64,000 bases of DNA. It comes from Planctomycetota bacterium. GTDB lineage: Bacteria > Planctomycetota > GCA-002687715 > CAIWVZ01. Shown one piece after another: positions 37,720 through 47,352 of the stretch (its first letter is position 1; each line of letters begins with the position of its first letter). The stretch spans positions 868,711-932,710 of the forward strand of contig JBGANV010000002.1 of NCBI GenBank assembly GCA_044222185.1, given 5' to 3'. The notes under the pieces were generated by a model. It made no database searches. It was not told the DNA's origin and saw only the letters and a program-made list of their open reading frames with translations. Made by a program: the position numbers and the translations under genes.

Positions 37720-40190
37720 GGGATCACCCCCCGTTCGATCCCCGCCCCGGCTACCGATGCGCCCCCATCGGTGAAGGGTGAAGGGTCGTGAACCACTTCT
37801 CCGGGTTCTCTCCCTACGCGCGTGCGCGTGAAGAGAGATTCCCGGTCTGGTCCTTCACCACCCTTCACCCCTTCACTTTCCGGTGGGGACGGCGGTCGCC
37901 AGACGTTCCCGGCGTTCGTGTGCTGGTTCGTCCACCCCCGCGCGCGAAGCTCCTTGCCGAACGTGGAGTTGCTGCACGTGCGCTCGCCGTTCTCGTCGGT
38001 CCACTTCTTGTAGGTGGCATAGAGCGATGCGCCTCGGAACGCATCGGTGGTCGGGAGTTGCTCTGCAAGAAACCTCGCGATCAGGTCTTCGCCGCTGCGG
38101 TACTTCCGCGTGGCTTCGACGACGACTGCGGGCTCGCCGAGACCGTCGCGGAGCCACATGACGCAGCCACGAACGGCCCACGCGAGAATGCCCATCGCCT
38201 CCGCTCGCAGCGTCTCGGTAAGTGTCTTGTCCTCACGGCCTTTGAAGCTGACGTCGAAGGGTACGATCTTGAGGCGGCGCCAGAAGCCGTCGGAGGAGTC
38301 GGGGACGCGCGGCATGTGGTTGGCCAGCACGGTCAACTTGTGCGTCGGCGGGAACGTCACGAAGTCCTTGTGCATCCCGCGACCCTTGAGGAGGTCCCCG
38401 CCGGTGAGCCACTTCAACCTCTCCTCGCTGAACGTCCCGTTCTTCGGGACCTCGCTCGCGACGACGAATCGGCGGCCGCGCATGTCGAGAATCTCGGTTG
38501 GGTGCCGTTCCCCCTTCTGAACGAGGAGGAGGCCGGGCGGGGCGGGCGTCGCGAACTCACCGCCGAACACGTGCATCAGCGCCTCCACGAACACCGACTT
38601 GCCGTTGCAACCGACGCCCGTCGCGATGACGAGAGCGTGCTCGCGGATCGACCCGGTGAGGCAATAGCCCGCCCACCTCTGGAGGAACTGGATCAGCTCC
38701 TCACGATTCGCCATCACCTCGCGGAGGAAGGCGTCCCAGCGCGGACAGAGCGCGTTTGGGTCGAAGTCGTGGAGCACTGATTTCGTGATCAGGTCCCCAC
38801 GAGCGTGCCGACGGAGAAGTCCCGTCCGAAGGTCCAGCGTGCCGTTCTTGCACGTGAGCAGCCACGGATCCGAGTCCAGCCTCTCCACGCGCAACGCGAC
38901 GGTGGGACTCACGCCGGCAAGATCCAGTGCGCCGGCAATCCGGGACTTCTGCTCCTGCTGCCGCGCAGCCCGGTGGACTTTCTCGTCCGCATCGACGGTC
39001 GAAAGGGTCACGCTTCTCGCGACTTCCGCGCAGAGGTGAAGTGTCTTTCCCGTCACGTCCTCCACCCAGCGAACGCCATCCCAGATGAACCAGGATCTCA
39101 GCGCGCGCACGTAGCGGACGTTTTCGCCGTGGCGCTTGACGAAGCGATTCGCAATCCCGAGGTCGGTGATGAACTCGCTGGCGACCTGGTCGGACGGGCA
39201 GTCCGCGGGTTGCAGCAGCCCCGCAGCGATGAGGAGCTCGGCGCGCGTGCGGCCTGCCGCATGAGCGTCAAGATCGAGCGCGTCACCGTGGAAGCAGCCG
39301 TCCCCCCGGAGGCCTGGTTCAGCATGGCTCGCACTGAAGCAGCACCAGCGGTTCGGATCGTCCGCGAGCGTCCCGAAACACCCGTCGTGACCGCAGCCTG
39401 GGCAAGTGCCTCCCGACTTGGGCCAGTCTCCGGAGTGCACGCGGTTGTACTCGGCGACGGCGGCGTCGAACTTCGCAGCGGACGCACTGTTCGACTTCGT
39501 CCTTCGTTCGGCGTTGCCGTGCGATGCTCGTGGTCTGCGTGGCGCCTTTCCCGTAGTCCACTTCTTCACCGTGTCCGCGAGCGGATGATCAACGAGTCCC
39601 TCGCCGTTCGCATTCGCGTAGTCGATGGCCGCGTCGGCGTCCATTCCGCCGCGCGCCAGAAGAACGGCCGCTCCGAGACACGCCACGCGCTGGTAGAGAT
39701 CGGCGGCGTCGAGTTCCGCAATCGGAGTCGCGGAGTCGGTCCAGTCGATCGACTCGCCGCTCGGATGGACGCTCCCAGGGAACACCGTCGCCCGATCGGC
39801 CCCCCGAAGCTCCACGAGCATCTGCGACTTCACGCCGCGCGGGGCCGGCTCCGCGTACTGCGCGCTCACGACGTTTGCCGAGTGGAAGATCCAGTGCGAA
39901 GCAGGCTTGGAGGTTCGTCCGAAGGTCCGGGTCGCGGGCAGGAACTTCGGCGCGAGTTCGATCGCCTCCTGGCAGTCCAAGTCGACGTCGACGATGCCGT
40001 CCGAGGCTTCGCCGAGCAGCACGGCGACGTTCATCGGCTTACCGTTGGGGAAGTCCTTCTCGAGCGACTCCCGGGCGGCGTCGAGCGTCCGCTTGTTCCA
40101 GCCCTTGCCTGCCGCCTTCGAGCGGAATGGCACGGGGATCGGGACCATGCCCAGGTCCAAGTAGCTGGCCGCTACCTCCCGCGGTGTCAT
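37716..40190 (-). CDS. Prim-Pol + D5/P4-family primase-helicase
   Basis: N-terminal NVAVLLG...DVDLD, H, ELR; D5_N (TDLGIANRF, W.GVRW, KNGTLDL); GVGCNGKS Walker A, ASE, LTGGD, WRRL..VPF. Confidence 0.92.
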   Translation of the reverse strand: MTPREVAASYLDLGMVPIPVPFRSKAAGKGWNKRTLDAARESLEKDFPNGKPMNVAVLLGEASDGIVDVDLDCQEAIELAPKFLPATRTFGRTSKPASHWIFHSANVVSAQYAEPAPRGVKSQMLVELRGADRATVFPGSVHPSGESIDWTDSATPIAELDAADLYQRVACLGAAVLLARGGMDADAAIDYANANGEGLVDHPLADTVKKWTTGKAPRRPRASHGNAERRTKSNSASAAKFDAAVAEYNRVHSGDWPKSGGTCPGCGHDGCFGTLADDPNRWCCFSASHAEPGLRGDGCFHGDALDLDAHAAGRTRAELLIAAGLLQPADCPSDQVASEFITDLGIANRFVKRHGENVRYVRALRSWFIWDGVRWVEDVTGKTLHLCAEVARSVTLSTVDADEKVHRAARQQEQKSRIAGALDLAGVSPTVALRVERLDSDPWLLTCKNGTLDLRTGLLRRHARGDLITKSVLHDFDPNALCPRWDAFLREVMANREELIQFLQRWAGYCLTGSIREHALVIATGVGCNGKSVFVEALMHVFGGEFATPAPPGLLLVQKGERHPTEILDMRGRRFVVASEVPKNGTFSEERLKWLTGGDLLKGRGMHKDFVTFPPTHKLTVLANHMPRVPDSSDGFWRRLKIVPFDVSFKGREDKTLTETLRAEAMGILAWAVRGCVMWLRDGLGEPAVVVEATRKYRSGEDLIARFLAEQLPTTDAFRGASLYATYKKWTDENGERTCSNSTFGKELRARGWTNQHTNAGNVWRPPSPPESEGVKGGEGPDRESLFTRTRVGREPGEVVHDPSPFTDGGASVAGAGIERGVIP
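37770..37877. repeat. Iteron-like inverted repeat cluster (candidate replication origin)
   Basis: GTGAAGG x2 (+GTGAA) at 37771-37792, CCTTCAC x3 at 37852-37876, around a CCGGG..ACGCGCGTGCGCGT..CCCGG imperfect palindrome. Confidence 0.55.
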
Positions 40191-40288
40191 GCGGCGGATC
40201 CGTTGACCGGGAGCTTGCGGCCGACTGGAAGTTGCAAGGTGCGAAGCCGGGGGCGAGAGGCTGAGGGCTGCTTCGCCGTGCGGGTCAT
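40187..40288 (-). CDS. 33-aa microprotein linking HTH and primase genes
   Basis: MTRTAKQPSASRPRLRTLQLPVGRKLPVNGSAA; ATGA overlaps with both neighbours. Confidence 0.45.
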   Translation of the reverse strand: MTRTAKQPSASRPRLRTLQLPVGRKLPVNGSAA

Positions 40289-40497
40289 CGCGGCATCGCC
40301 TCGAGGGGGATGTCGTGTGAGGCTTCGGGCGCACCGGCTTCAAACTGAGCGACCGCCTCCCTCCAGGGGATCCGAATCAGTCTGTCGCCGCACCGAAGGA
40401 ATGGGATCCTGTGCTCCATCACCCAACGGCGAATCGTCCGGATGCTGACGGCGAGTCGGGCGGCCGCCTCCCGGACAGTTACGAGTTCTTCTGACAT
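40285..40497 (-). CDS. Excisionase-family HTH_17 DNA-binding protein
   Basis: LVTVREAAARLAVSIRTIRRWV...IP..R.G..IRI; GGAGGT RBS. Confidence 0.85.
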   Translation of the reverse strand: MSEELVTVREAAARLAVSIRTIRRWVMEHRIPFLRCGDRLIRIPWREAVAQFEAGAPEASHDIPLEAMPR

Positions 40498-40676
40498 CCA
40501 CTTACCTCCGGAGCGGCGCTTTGGCGCTCCGTGGCACGCTATGGATGGTGAAGTTCTCGGCCGAATGGAATTGCGGCACCCGGCGGGGCAACCCGGGGGC
40601 AACTCGAAGGGCAAATCCGCCGGCGACGACCGTCAAGCGCTCGATTCGTGGGGAAAACCCGACGAAGAGCGCGCGA

Positions 40677-41558
40677 CTACTTTTTCTTCGGCTGCGGACG
40701 GTCTTTTCGGTCGGTCACCTCGACGAGCTTGCTCTCGAGCCGCTCCAGGAGGGTGGAAGCGAGGATCTGGTCCACCGTTCCGCGGGCGTCGATCACCCCG
40801 ATCTTCGCTTCCTGCTTCCACGCCGTGAGTCGGGGCTGCGGAATCCCGAAGACGCGCTCGACCGTAGCGCGGTCAAACAGAGTTGCGGGCGAGATCTGCT
40901 TGAGAAGTGTGATCGACTGGCTCAAGCGGAGCACCGAATCCCAACGTTCCGGACGCTGACTTTGGTCGGCATGGAGAAGGTCGCTGATGCGGCGGAAACG
41001 GCCATCGAATTCAATGATGTCGGCCGGCTGTGCGAGATCCTTCCAGAGGGTTGGCTGCTCAGGTCCGTGGCCCGTTCGGAAGTAGCGGACGTGATCTTCG
41101 GGAACGAGATGGTCAAAGTTCCTCGGACTCTCCGAGTGCATGAACTCCTCGATCGGGATCGACTGGTCATCGATCAGGGCCGAAAGGAGGTCTGCGATTC
41201 GATTGTCGTACCCCTCCCTGCGCTCCTCCAGCCAGGACAGCATCTGACGTGCGGCGTCACGCATTGTGCCGGGACCATTGATTTGCGGCACGACTCCCTC
41301 AGCCTTTAGGAGCGCAACCACTCGATCCAGGCAGCGGACAAAATGCAGCGTCTCGGTTCCTGGTGGCTCACCACCTCCCCAGTGGACGGCGTTGTCCAAC
41401 TCGGTCGGTAACGCTAACAGCTTTTGCTGGGCCTCGATTCGTTGCTGTTGCTCTCTCACGGACTGTGCCGCAGCTTCTTGCGCCTTCTTGCGGGCGCGAC
41501 CAATGATGTCCTCCGCGTCGTTCGACGGATCACCAGGCTCAGGCATGACTGTGCTCAT
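40677..41558 (-). CDS. Hypothetical protein (possible C-terminal HTH)
   Basis: Long ORF upstream of the replication operon; no recognisable catalytic motif. Confidence 0.55.
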   Translation of the reverse strand: MSTVMPEPGDPSNDAEDIIGRARKKAQEAAAQSVREQQQRIEAQQKLLALPTELDNAVHWGGGEPPGTETLHFVRCLDRVVALLKAEGVVPQINGPGTMRDAARQMLSWLEERREGYDNRIADLLSALIDDQSIPIEEFMHSESPRNFDHLVPEDHVRYFRTGHGPEQPTLWKDLAQPADIIEFDGRFRRISDLLHADQSQRPERWDSVLRLSQSITLLKQISPATLFDRATVERVFGIPQPRLTAWKQEAKIGVIDARGTVDQILASTLLERLESKLVEVTDRKDRPQPKKK

Positions 41559-42125
41559 ATCGATAACCGCCGGCTGTGTGATCGCCCCTAACAATCGCGG
41601 GGCACGTGCTGCTCACCGATCTTGCACCGCACTGCACCTAACGCATTAGCCGTAATCAGCGTCCCATTTCCTACAGTCTCGGACCCTCACCCGATGCGAA
41701 CTTGCACTTCTTGCACCGAACTTCACCGGGTTTCGGATCGTTCGAGGGCCAATTGTATCGCCACTTCGTTCGCATCTCTTGCCCTGGTCAAGGGCAACGA
41801 ACCAGCGGGGACTCGCGAGGGTGGCGTCGGCCCGATCGGACGGTGCAAGTCGCGCACGACATCGGGGGGAGGCGCGTCCCCCGGAAACCCCCCGGTTTCG
41901 CGAGGAACTGCGCGGGAGATGGGGTGGCTCGGGTCACCAGACTGCCGTGCATTCCACCTGCACCGTCGCGCCCGGACCGGGGCGTCCTGGTGCACGAAGA
42001 CGCAGAAGACCTTCACCAGGTCGGGCCGGCGACGTAGAATCTCGGCCGTCGGGCTTCATCTCTAAGGCGGCGCGTCGCCGCACCCTCCAAGTCCCGCCCG
42101 GCACGGCTTTCGGCTTGGAGACTCC

Positions 42126-43478
42126 ATGCCCGCGAACTCGCTCACGATCCGGCGCCGGCCGATCGCATCCCTCGTCCCTGATCCCGCGAACGCGCGTCGG
42201 CACCCCGACGAAAACCTCGAGGTGATCACCGCGTCCCTCCGCCGCTTCGGCCAAGCGGAGCCACTTGTCGTGCAGGCGAAGACGGGGCGCATCATCGCCG
42301 GGCACGGTCGCCTCACGGCCATGAAAGCGTTGGGATGGAGCGAGGCGGACGTTGTCGAGCTGGACGTCGATGACATGACGGCGACCGCGCTGGGAATCGC
42401 ACTCAACAAGAGTGCACTTTCCGCGGAGTGGGACGACGAGGTCCTCGCGAAGATCCTCTCCGAGCTGCGTGACGCCGGCGCCATGGATGGTGTCGGATTC
42501 AGCGACGCGGACGTGGACGAGTTGCTCTCGGACGTCGGCGATGTTGCGGAAGACGATCCGCCGCTGCCGCCCGACAGCCCCGTCACCAAGCGCGGCGATC
42601 TGTGGATTCTCGGGCGACACCGGCTCCTGTGCGGCGACTCCGGCAGCGTGGAGGACCTCGATCGCCTGCTGGCGGGCGCCCCCATCCACCTCGTCAACAC
42701 GGACCCGCCGTACAACGTGAAGGTCGAGCCCCGCTCGAACAACGCGATCGCGGCCGGCTTGTCTTCGTTCCAGGGCACGACGCACCACCAGTCCCTCGAC
42801 GTAGCGCGGGACCCCGGCAAGGCGAAAGGGACGACGCGGAAGCTGCGCGCGAAGGACCGCCCGCTGGCGAACGACTTCGTTTCCGACGAAGCGTTCGACG
42901 CGCTCCTCGACGCGTGGTTCGGGAACATCGCGCGCGTGCTCGTGCCGGGCGGCGGGTTCTATATCTGGGGCGGCTACGCGAACCTCGGCAACTACCCGGC
43001 GCCGCTCCGGAGGAACGGCCTCTATTTCAGCCAGGCGATCGTGTGGAACAAGCTCCATCCCGTCCTTACGAGGAAGGACTACATGGGGTCGTTCGAGCTG
43101 GCATTCTATGGATGGAGGGAAGGCGCCGGGCATGTCTTCTACGGGCCGAACAACGCCACGGACATTTGGGAGATTCAGAAGGTCGCACCCGTGAAGATGG
43201 TCCACCTGACCGAGAAGTGCGTCGAACTCGCTGCCCGCGCCATCGGCTACTCGTCCCTCATCAATCAGAACGTACTCGACCTCTTCGGCGGGTCGGGCTC
43301 GACGCTGATGGCGGCGGAGCAGACGAACCGTCGCGCGTTCCTCATGGAACTCGACGAGGCGTACTGCGATGTGATCGTCACGCGCTGGCAGAACGCGACG
43401 GGCCAGGCCGCGACGCTGGAATCCGGCCAGTCGTTCAATGCCGTCGCCGCTGAACGAGGAGTCGAACTGACGCCATGA
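42126..43478 (+). CDS. ParB-like N-domain fused to phage-type N6A/N4C DNA methyltransferase
   Basis: NARRH...FG..EPL...IIAGHGR; HRLLCGDS, TDPPYNV, VLDLFGGSGST, MELD..YCDVI..RW. Confidence 0.9.
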   Translation: MPANSLTIRRRPIASLVPDPANARRHPDENLEVITASLRRFGQAEPLVVQAKTGRIIAGHGRLTAMKALGWSEADVVELDVDDMTATALGIALNKSALSAEWDDEVLAKILSELRDAGAMDGVGFSDADVDELLSDVGDVAEDDPPLPPDSPVTKRGDLWILGRHRLLCGDSGSVEDLDRLLAGAPIHLVNTDPPYNVKVEPRSNNAIAAGLSSFQGTTHHQSLDVARDPGKAKGTTRKLRAKDRPLANDFVSDEAFDALLDAWFGNIARVLVPGGGFYIWGGYANLGNYPAPLRRNGLYFSQAIVWNKLHPVLTRKDYMGSFELAFYGWREGAGHVFYGPNNATDIWEIQKVAPVKMVHLTEKCVELAARAIGYSSLINQNVLDLFGGSGSTLMAAEQTNRRAFLMELDEAYCDVIVTRWQNATGQAATLESGQSFNAVAAERGVELTP

Positions 43479-43936
43479 CCCGCAGGCTCCCGCCAGACGC
43501 ATTCGAGAGCTACCTCTCGCTCGGCCCGTCCAGGACCTACGGCGCCATCGCGGAGATGTTCGGCGTCTGCAAGCGGTCGGTGTGCACGCGCGCGAAGAAG
43601 GAGAACTGGCAGGAGCGCGTCGTACAGCAGGAACGCGCGGCCCGGGAGCAGGCCCAGAAGAAGGCCGTCGAGTCGCTCGAGGAGATGAACGAGCGCCACC
43701 TCCGGCTCGTGCGCCTGATCCAAAATCGTGCCATCGAGGCGTTGAAGAACATGCCGCTCGACAACGCGAACGCCGCCGCGAAGGCGCTCGCCGCCGCCGT
43801 CGACCAGGAGCGGGTGATCCGCGGCGAGCCCTCCGACCGCTCCGCGATCGACATCGCCACGATCATCAAGAAGGAGTACGAGACGTTGATGCTCAAGCCG
43901 GGAGAGAAGGATGACTGGGGCGCAACCGGCAGTTGA
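43475..43936 (+). CDS. Putative terminase small subunit (HTH + coiled coil)
   Basis: N-terminal HTH (RTYGAIAEMFGV...RAKKENW); position between MTase and TerL. Confidence 0.65.
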   Translation: MTRRLPPDAFESYLSLGPSRTYGAIAEMFGVCKRSVCTRAKKENWQERVVQQERAAREQAQKKAVESLEEMNERHLRLVRLIQNRAIEALKNMPLDNANAAAKALAAAVDQERVIRGEPSDRSAIDIATIIKKEYETLMLKPGEKDDWGATGS

Positions 43937-45188
43937 CCTCCGCGTCTCGAAGCGCGCGCTGTTCGAGTCGCTCGGGTATCGCCCGCATGCGGGGCAGATC
44001 CAGATCCACCGCTCCACCGCGAGCCGACGCGTGGTTGCGTGCGGCGTTCGCTGGGGCAAGACCCTCGCCGCCGCGGCCGAGGGCGTGGCGGCTGCGATGA
44101 TGCCGTCGAAGCGGTCGGTCGGCTGGGTGGTCGGGCCGACGTATGACCTATGCGATCGCGTCTTCCGCGAGATCGTCGTGCTGGTCGCCGAGCATCTGCG
44201 GCACCGGATCGTGAGCCTGAAAGAGCACGACCGGCGCCTCGTGCTTCGGAACCTGGGCGGCGGTCTGTCCGAGATCCGTGGGAAGTCGGCCGACAACCCG
44301 GTCTCGCTCCTCGGGGAGGGACTGGACTGGCTCGTGATCGATGAAGCCGCCCGGCTCCGCCCGCACATCTGGGAATCGCACCTGACACAGCGCCTCATCG
44401 ACCGGAAGGGATGGGCGCTGATGATCTCGACGCCCCGGGGGAAGGGCTGGTTCTACGAAGCATGGAAGCGCGGGCAGGGCGCTGATCCTGAGTACCAGAG
44501 CTGGAACTTGCCAAGCTGGACGAACCCCATGCTCGACGCATCGGTGATCGAGCAGGAACGAGAGCGGCTGCCGGAACGCGTCTTTTGCCAGGAGTTCGGC
44601 GGCGAGTTCCTCGAGGGGTCGGGATCCGTGTTCCGCTACGTCCGGGACGTCGCGACGGGAACGTTCTCGGCTCCGGACCCCGGCGAGGTCTACTACGCTG
44701 GACTCGACCTCGCGCGCGTCCACGACTTCACGGTGCTCGTCGTCATGGATTCCCAGCGCCGTGTCGTGTTCGTCGACCGCTACACGCGCCTCGACTGGTC
44801 GCTGCAGGTCCAGCGGATCAAGGCGGTCGCCGATCGCTACGGCGCGACGGTGCTCTGCGACTCGACCGGAAGTGGCGAGCCCGTCTACGAGTCCCTGCTT
44901 GCGGCCGATGTGTCCGTCGAGCCGTATCCGTTCACGATGAAGTCGAAGTCCGCGCTCATCGACAACCTCGCGCTGCGGCTCGAGCAGCGGCAGATCACGC
45001 TCCCGCGCGTGGATGTCTGCCCCGAGCTCATCGATGAGTTGGAGGCGTTCGAGTACTCGATCACTGAGCAGGGCAACGTGAAGACCGGTGCGCCTGGCGG
45101 CTGCCACGACGATTGCGTCATCGCTCTCGCGCTCGCCACGTGGCAGGTCGGCGACGCGTGGATGCCCACGATCATGTGGGTCGATTGA
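43911..45188 (+). CDS. Terminase large subunit, copy 1
   Basis: H.GQ, CGVRWGKT, VIDEAA, ISTPRG; nuclease GLDLA...DFT, DSTG, HDDCVIA. Confidence 0.88.
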   Translation: MTGAQPAVDLRVSKRALFESLGYRPHAGQIQIHRSTASRRVVACGVRWGKTLAAAAEGVAAAMMPSKRSVGWVVGPTYDLCDRVFREIVVLVAEHLRHRIVSLKEHDRRLVLRNLGGGLSEIRGKSADNPVSLLGEGLDWLVIDEAARLRPHIWESHLTQRLIDRKGWALMISTPRGKGWFYEAWKRGQGADPEYQSWNLPSWTNPMLDASVIEQERERLPERVFCQEFGGEFLEGSGSVFRYVRDVATGTFSAPDPGEVYYAGLDLARVHDFTVLVVMDSQRRVVFVDRYTRLDWSLQVQRIKAVADRYGATVLCDSTGSGEPVYESLLAADVSVEPYPFTMKSKSALIDNLALRLEQRQITLPRVDVCPELIDELEAFEYSITEQGNVKTGAPGGCHDDCVIALALATWQVGDAWMPTIMWVD

Positions 45189-46459
45189 TGGGCCAGACCA
45201 CGAACGCCACGTTCAGCAAGCGCGCATTGTTCCAGATGCTCGGCTACGGGCCGCATTCGGGGCAGGTCGAGGTCCATCGATCCTTGGCGCCTCGTCGCGT
45301 CGTCGCGTGTGGAGTGCGATGGGGCAAGACGCTGGCTGCCGCTGCCGAGGGGATCGCCGCTGCGATGGCCCCGGCGGATCGCTCCGTCGGCTGGGTCGTG
45401 GCGCCGACCTACGACCTCGCCGACCGCGTGTTCCGCGAGATCGTGCTGCTCGCGGCGTCCCACCTCCGCCATCGAATCGTCGCCTTGAAGGAGCACGAGC
45501 GCCGACTGGTCCTCCGGAACCTCGGTGGCGGGCTGTCGGAGATCCGGGGCAAGAGCGCCGACAATCCGGTGTCCCTTCTCGGCGAAGGCCTCGACTGGTT
45601 GATCGTAGACGAGGCGGCGCGCCTCAAGCCCATGATCTGGGAGTCGCACCTCTCGCAGCGGCTGATCGACAAGCGGGGGTGGGCGCTGCTCATCTCGACA
45701 CCGCGAGGAAAGGGGTGGCTCTTCGACGCGTGGCGCCGCGGGCAGCCCGGCGGCGATCCTGACTTCCAGTCGTGGAACCTGCCGTCCTGGACGAATCCAC
45801 TCCTCGACGCCGCGCTCATCGAACAGGAGCGCGAGCGCCTCCCCGAGCGGGTGTTCCGCCAGGAGTACGGTGGCGAGTTCCTCGAAGGCGCGGGGCAGGT
45901 CTTCCGCGGCGTGCGAGACTGCGCGACGGGCGCGTTTGAAGAACCGAAGCCCGGCGTTCGCTACGTCGGCGGTCTCGACCTCGCGAAAGTCGAGGACTTC
46001 ACCGTGCTCGTGATCATTGATCCCGAGCACCGCGTCGTCCACGCAGAACGGTTCCATCGAGAGGACTGGTCGACGCAGGTTGCGCGCATCAAGGGAGTCG
46101 CGGGCCGCTACAACGACGCTCGTCTCACGGTGGACACGACGGGTGCGGGCGAGCCGGTTTTCGAGACGTTGCGGGCCGCGGGCGTGCGCGTGGACGCATA
46201 CCCATTCACGTCGCGCTCGAAGTCGGCCTTGATCGACAACCTCGTCCTCCTAATCGAGCGGCGGGAGATCGTGCTGCCGAGTCCTCTCGTCTGGCCCGTG
46301 GGCATCGACGAGCTCGAGGCATTCGAGTTCACAGTCGGCGAAACCGGGAACATCAAGACCGGCGCGCCGTCGGGAATGCACGACGACTGCGTGATCGGCG
46401 TGGCGCTTGCCGCATGGCAATTTCGACCTCGCCAGAAGGCGGGGGTCTACGTTCTCTGA
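45188..46459 (+). CDS. Terminase large subunit, copy 2 (tandem paralog)
   Basis: Same intact motifs (CGVRWGKT, IVDEAA, ISTPRG, GLDLA, DTTG, HDDCVIG); TGATG coupling to copy 1. Confidence 0.88.
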   Translation: MGQTTNATFSKRALFQMLGYGPHSGQVEVHRSLAPRRVVACGVRWGKTLAAAAEGIAAAMAPADRSVGWVVAPTYDLADRVFREIVLLAASHLRHRIVALKEHERRLVLRNLGGGLSEIRGKSADNPVSLLGEGLDWLIVDEAARLKPMIWESHLSQRLIDKRGWALLISTPRGKGWLFDAWRRGQPGGDPDFQSWNLPSWTNPLLDAALIEQERERLPERVFRQEYGGEFLEGAGQVFRGVRDCATGAFEEPKPGVRYVGGLDLAKVEDFTVLVIIDPEHRVVHAERFHREDWSTQVARIKGVAGRYNDARLTVDTTGAGEPVFETLRAAGVRVDAYPFTSRSKSALIDNLVLLIERREIVLPSPLVWPVGIDELEAFEFTVGETGNIKTGAPSGMHDDCVIGVALAAWQFRPRQKAGVYVL

Positions 46460-46571
46460 AGCGAGTTTCCCACGCTCGAAAGGGGTCCAGAATCCACTGG
46501 ATCTGTGCCGCGAGACGAGGCTCCATGTGTCGCACGCGCAGGCGATGGTGCCGGCGCGAATGGAGCTCGCG

Positions 46572-46787
46572 ATGACGCTCAGGCTGATCCCGGTCCCAGA
46601 GACATTCGCGCCGGATCCCACACTATGGGACGCGGTCGTCGACGCATGGGATGTGGACGAGTTCGAGGCGATCACGGCGGGGCTGAACGGGATCCCGGTC
46701 CCAGGACGCCTTCCGGATGGATCGCTCGTGCTCGTGATCCCGGGCAAGGCCGCGGTCATCGACGCGCCGAAGGAGACGATGCGATGA
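46572..46787 (+). CDS. Small hypothetical protein
   Basis: GGAG RBS; ATGA overlap with next gene. Confidence 0.5.
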   Translation: MTLRLIPVPETFAPDPTLWDAVVDAWDVDEFEAITAGLNGIPVPGRLPDGSLVLVIPGKAAVIDAPKETMR

Positions 46788-47296
46788 CCAAGAAGACGAC
46801 GAAGAAGCCGACCGCGGAACCCGAGGCGAACTGGATGAAGAACCGCGTCGCGACGGCGCGGAAAAAGACGAACGGGACGGAGCCGCCTGCGGAGGTGAAC
46901 GGTACGCCGCCGTCGGAGAACCATGCGCCGGAAGCCGCGTTCGGGACGGTGCCCGAGCTGCCCACTCCGAATGATGGCCCCGCCACGCTGAAGACGATCG
47001 CCGACCGTTGGCTGAACGACATGCGCGCGCGCGGGAAGACACCGTCGACCGTCGCGAGCTACCTGGGCGACCTCGGCCTCGCGATGAAGTTCTTCGAGGC
47101 ATCGAGAGTCGCGCGTTCGATCACCGCTGACGACATCGCCGCATTCGAAGCGAGCGACCTCGTCACGAAGACGAAGAAGGGGAAGTCCAAGGCACAGCCG
47201 ACGATCCTCAAATCGCGCCGCGCGTTTCGACTCGCCATGACCTGGGCGAGGGAGACCGGCGTGATCACGACGACGCCCTACGCGACCGCGAGCTGA
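46784..47296 (+). CDS. Stand-alone integrase core-binding (SAM-like) domain protein
   Basis: WLNDM.ARGK.PSTVASY..DL...ITADDIAAF...RAFRLAM.WA..G.I; no catalytic domain. Confidence 0.65.
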   Translation: MTKKTTKKPTAEPEANWMKNRVATARKKTNGTEPPAEVNGTPPSENHAPEAAFGTVPELPTPNDGPATLKTIADRWLNDMRARGKTPSTVASYLGDLGLAMKFFEASRVARSITADDIAAFEASDLVTKTKKGKSKAQPTILKSRRAFRLAMTWARETGVITTTPYATAS

Positions 47297-47352
47297 TCTC
47301 TTCCCCGGGCGGGCCGACAGGGCCCGCTCGTTCTCATTCAGGGCATCTCCAA

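Noticed and set aside
43911-46459. TerL duplication as an assembly artefact
   Set aside because: The copies differ extensively at synonymous sites and in their C-terminal halves
34873-46459. Complete prophage
   Set aside because: No portal, capsid, tail or lysis genes recognised in the window
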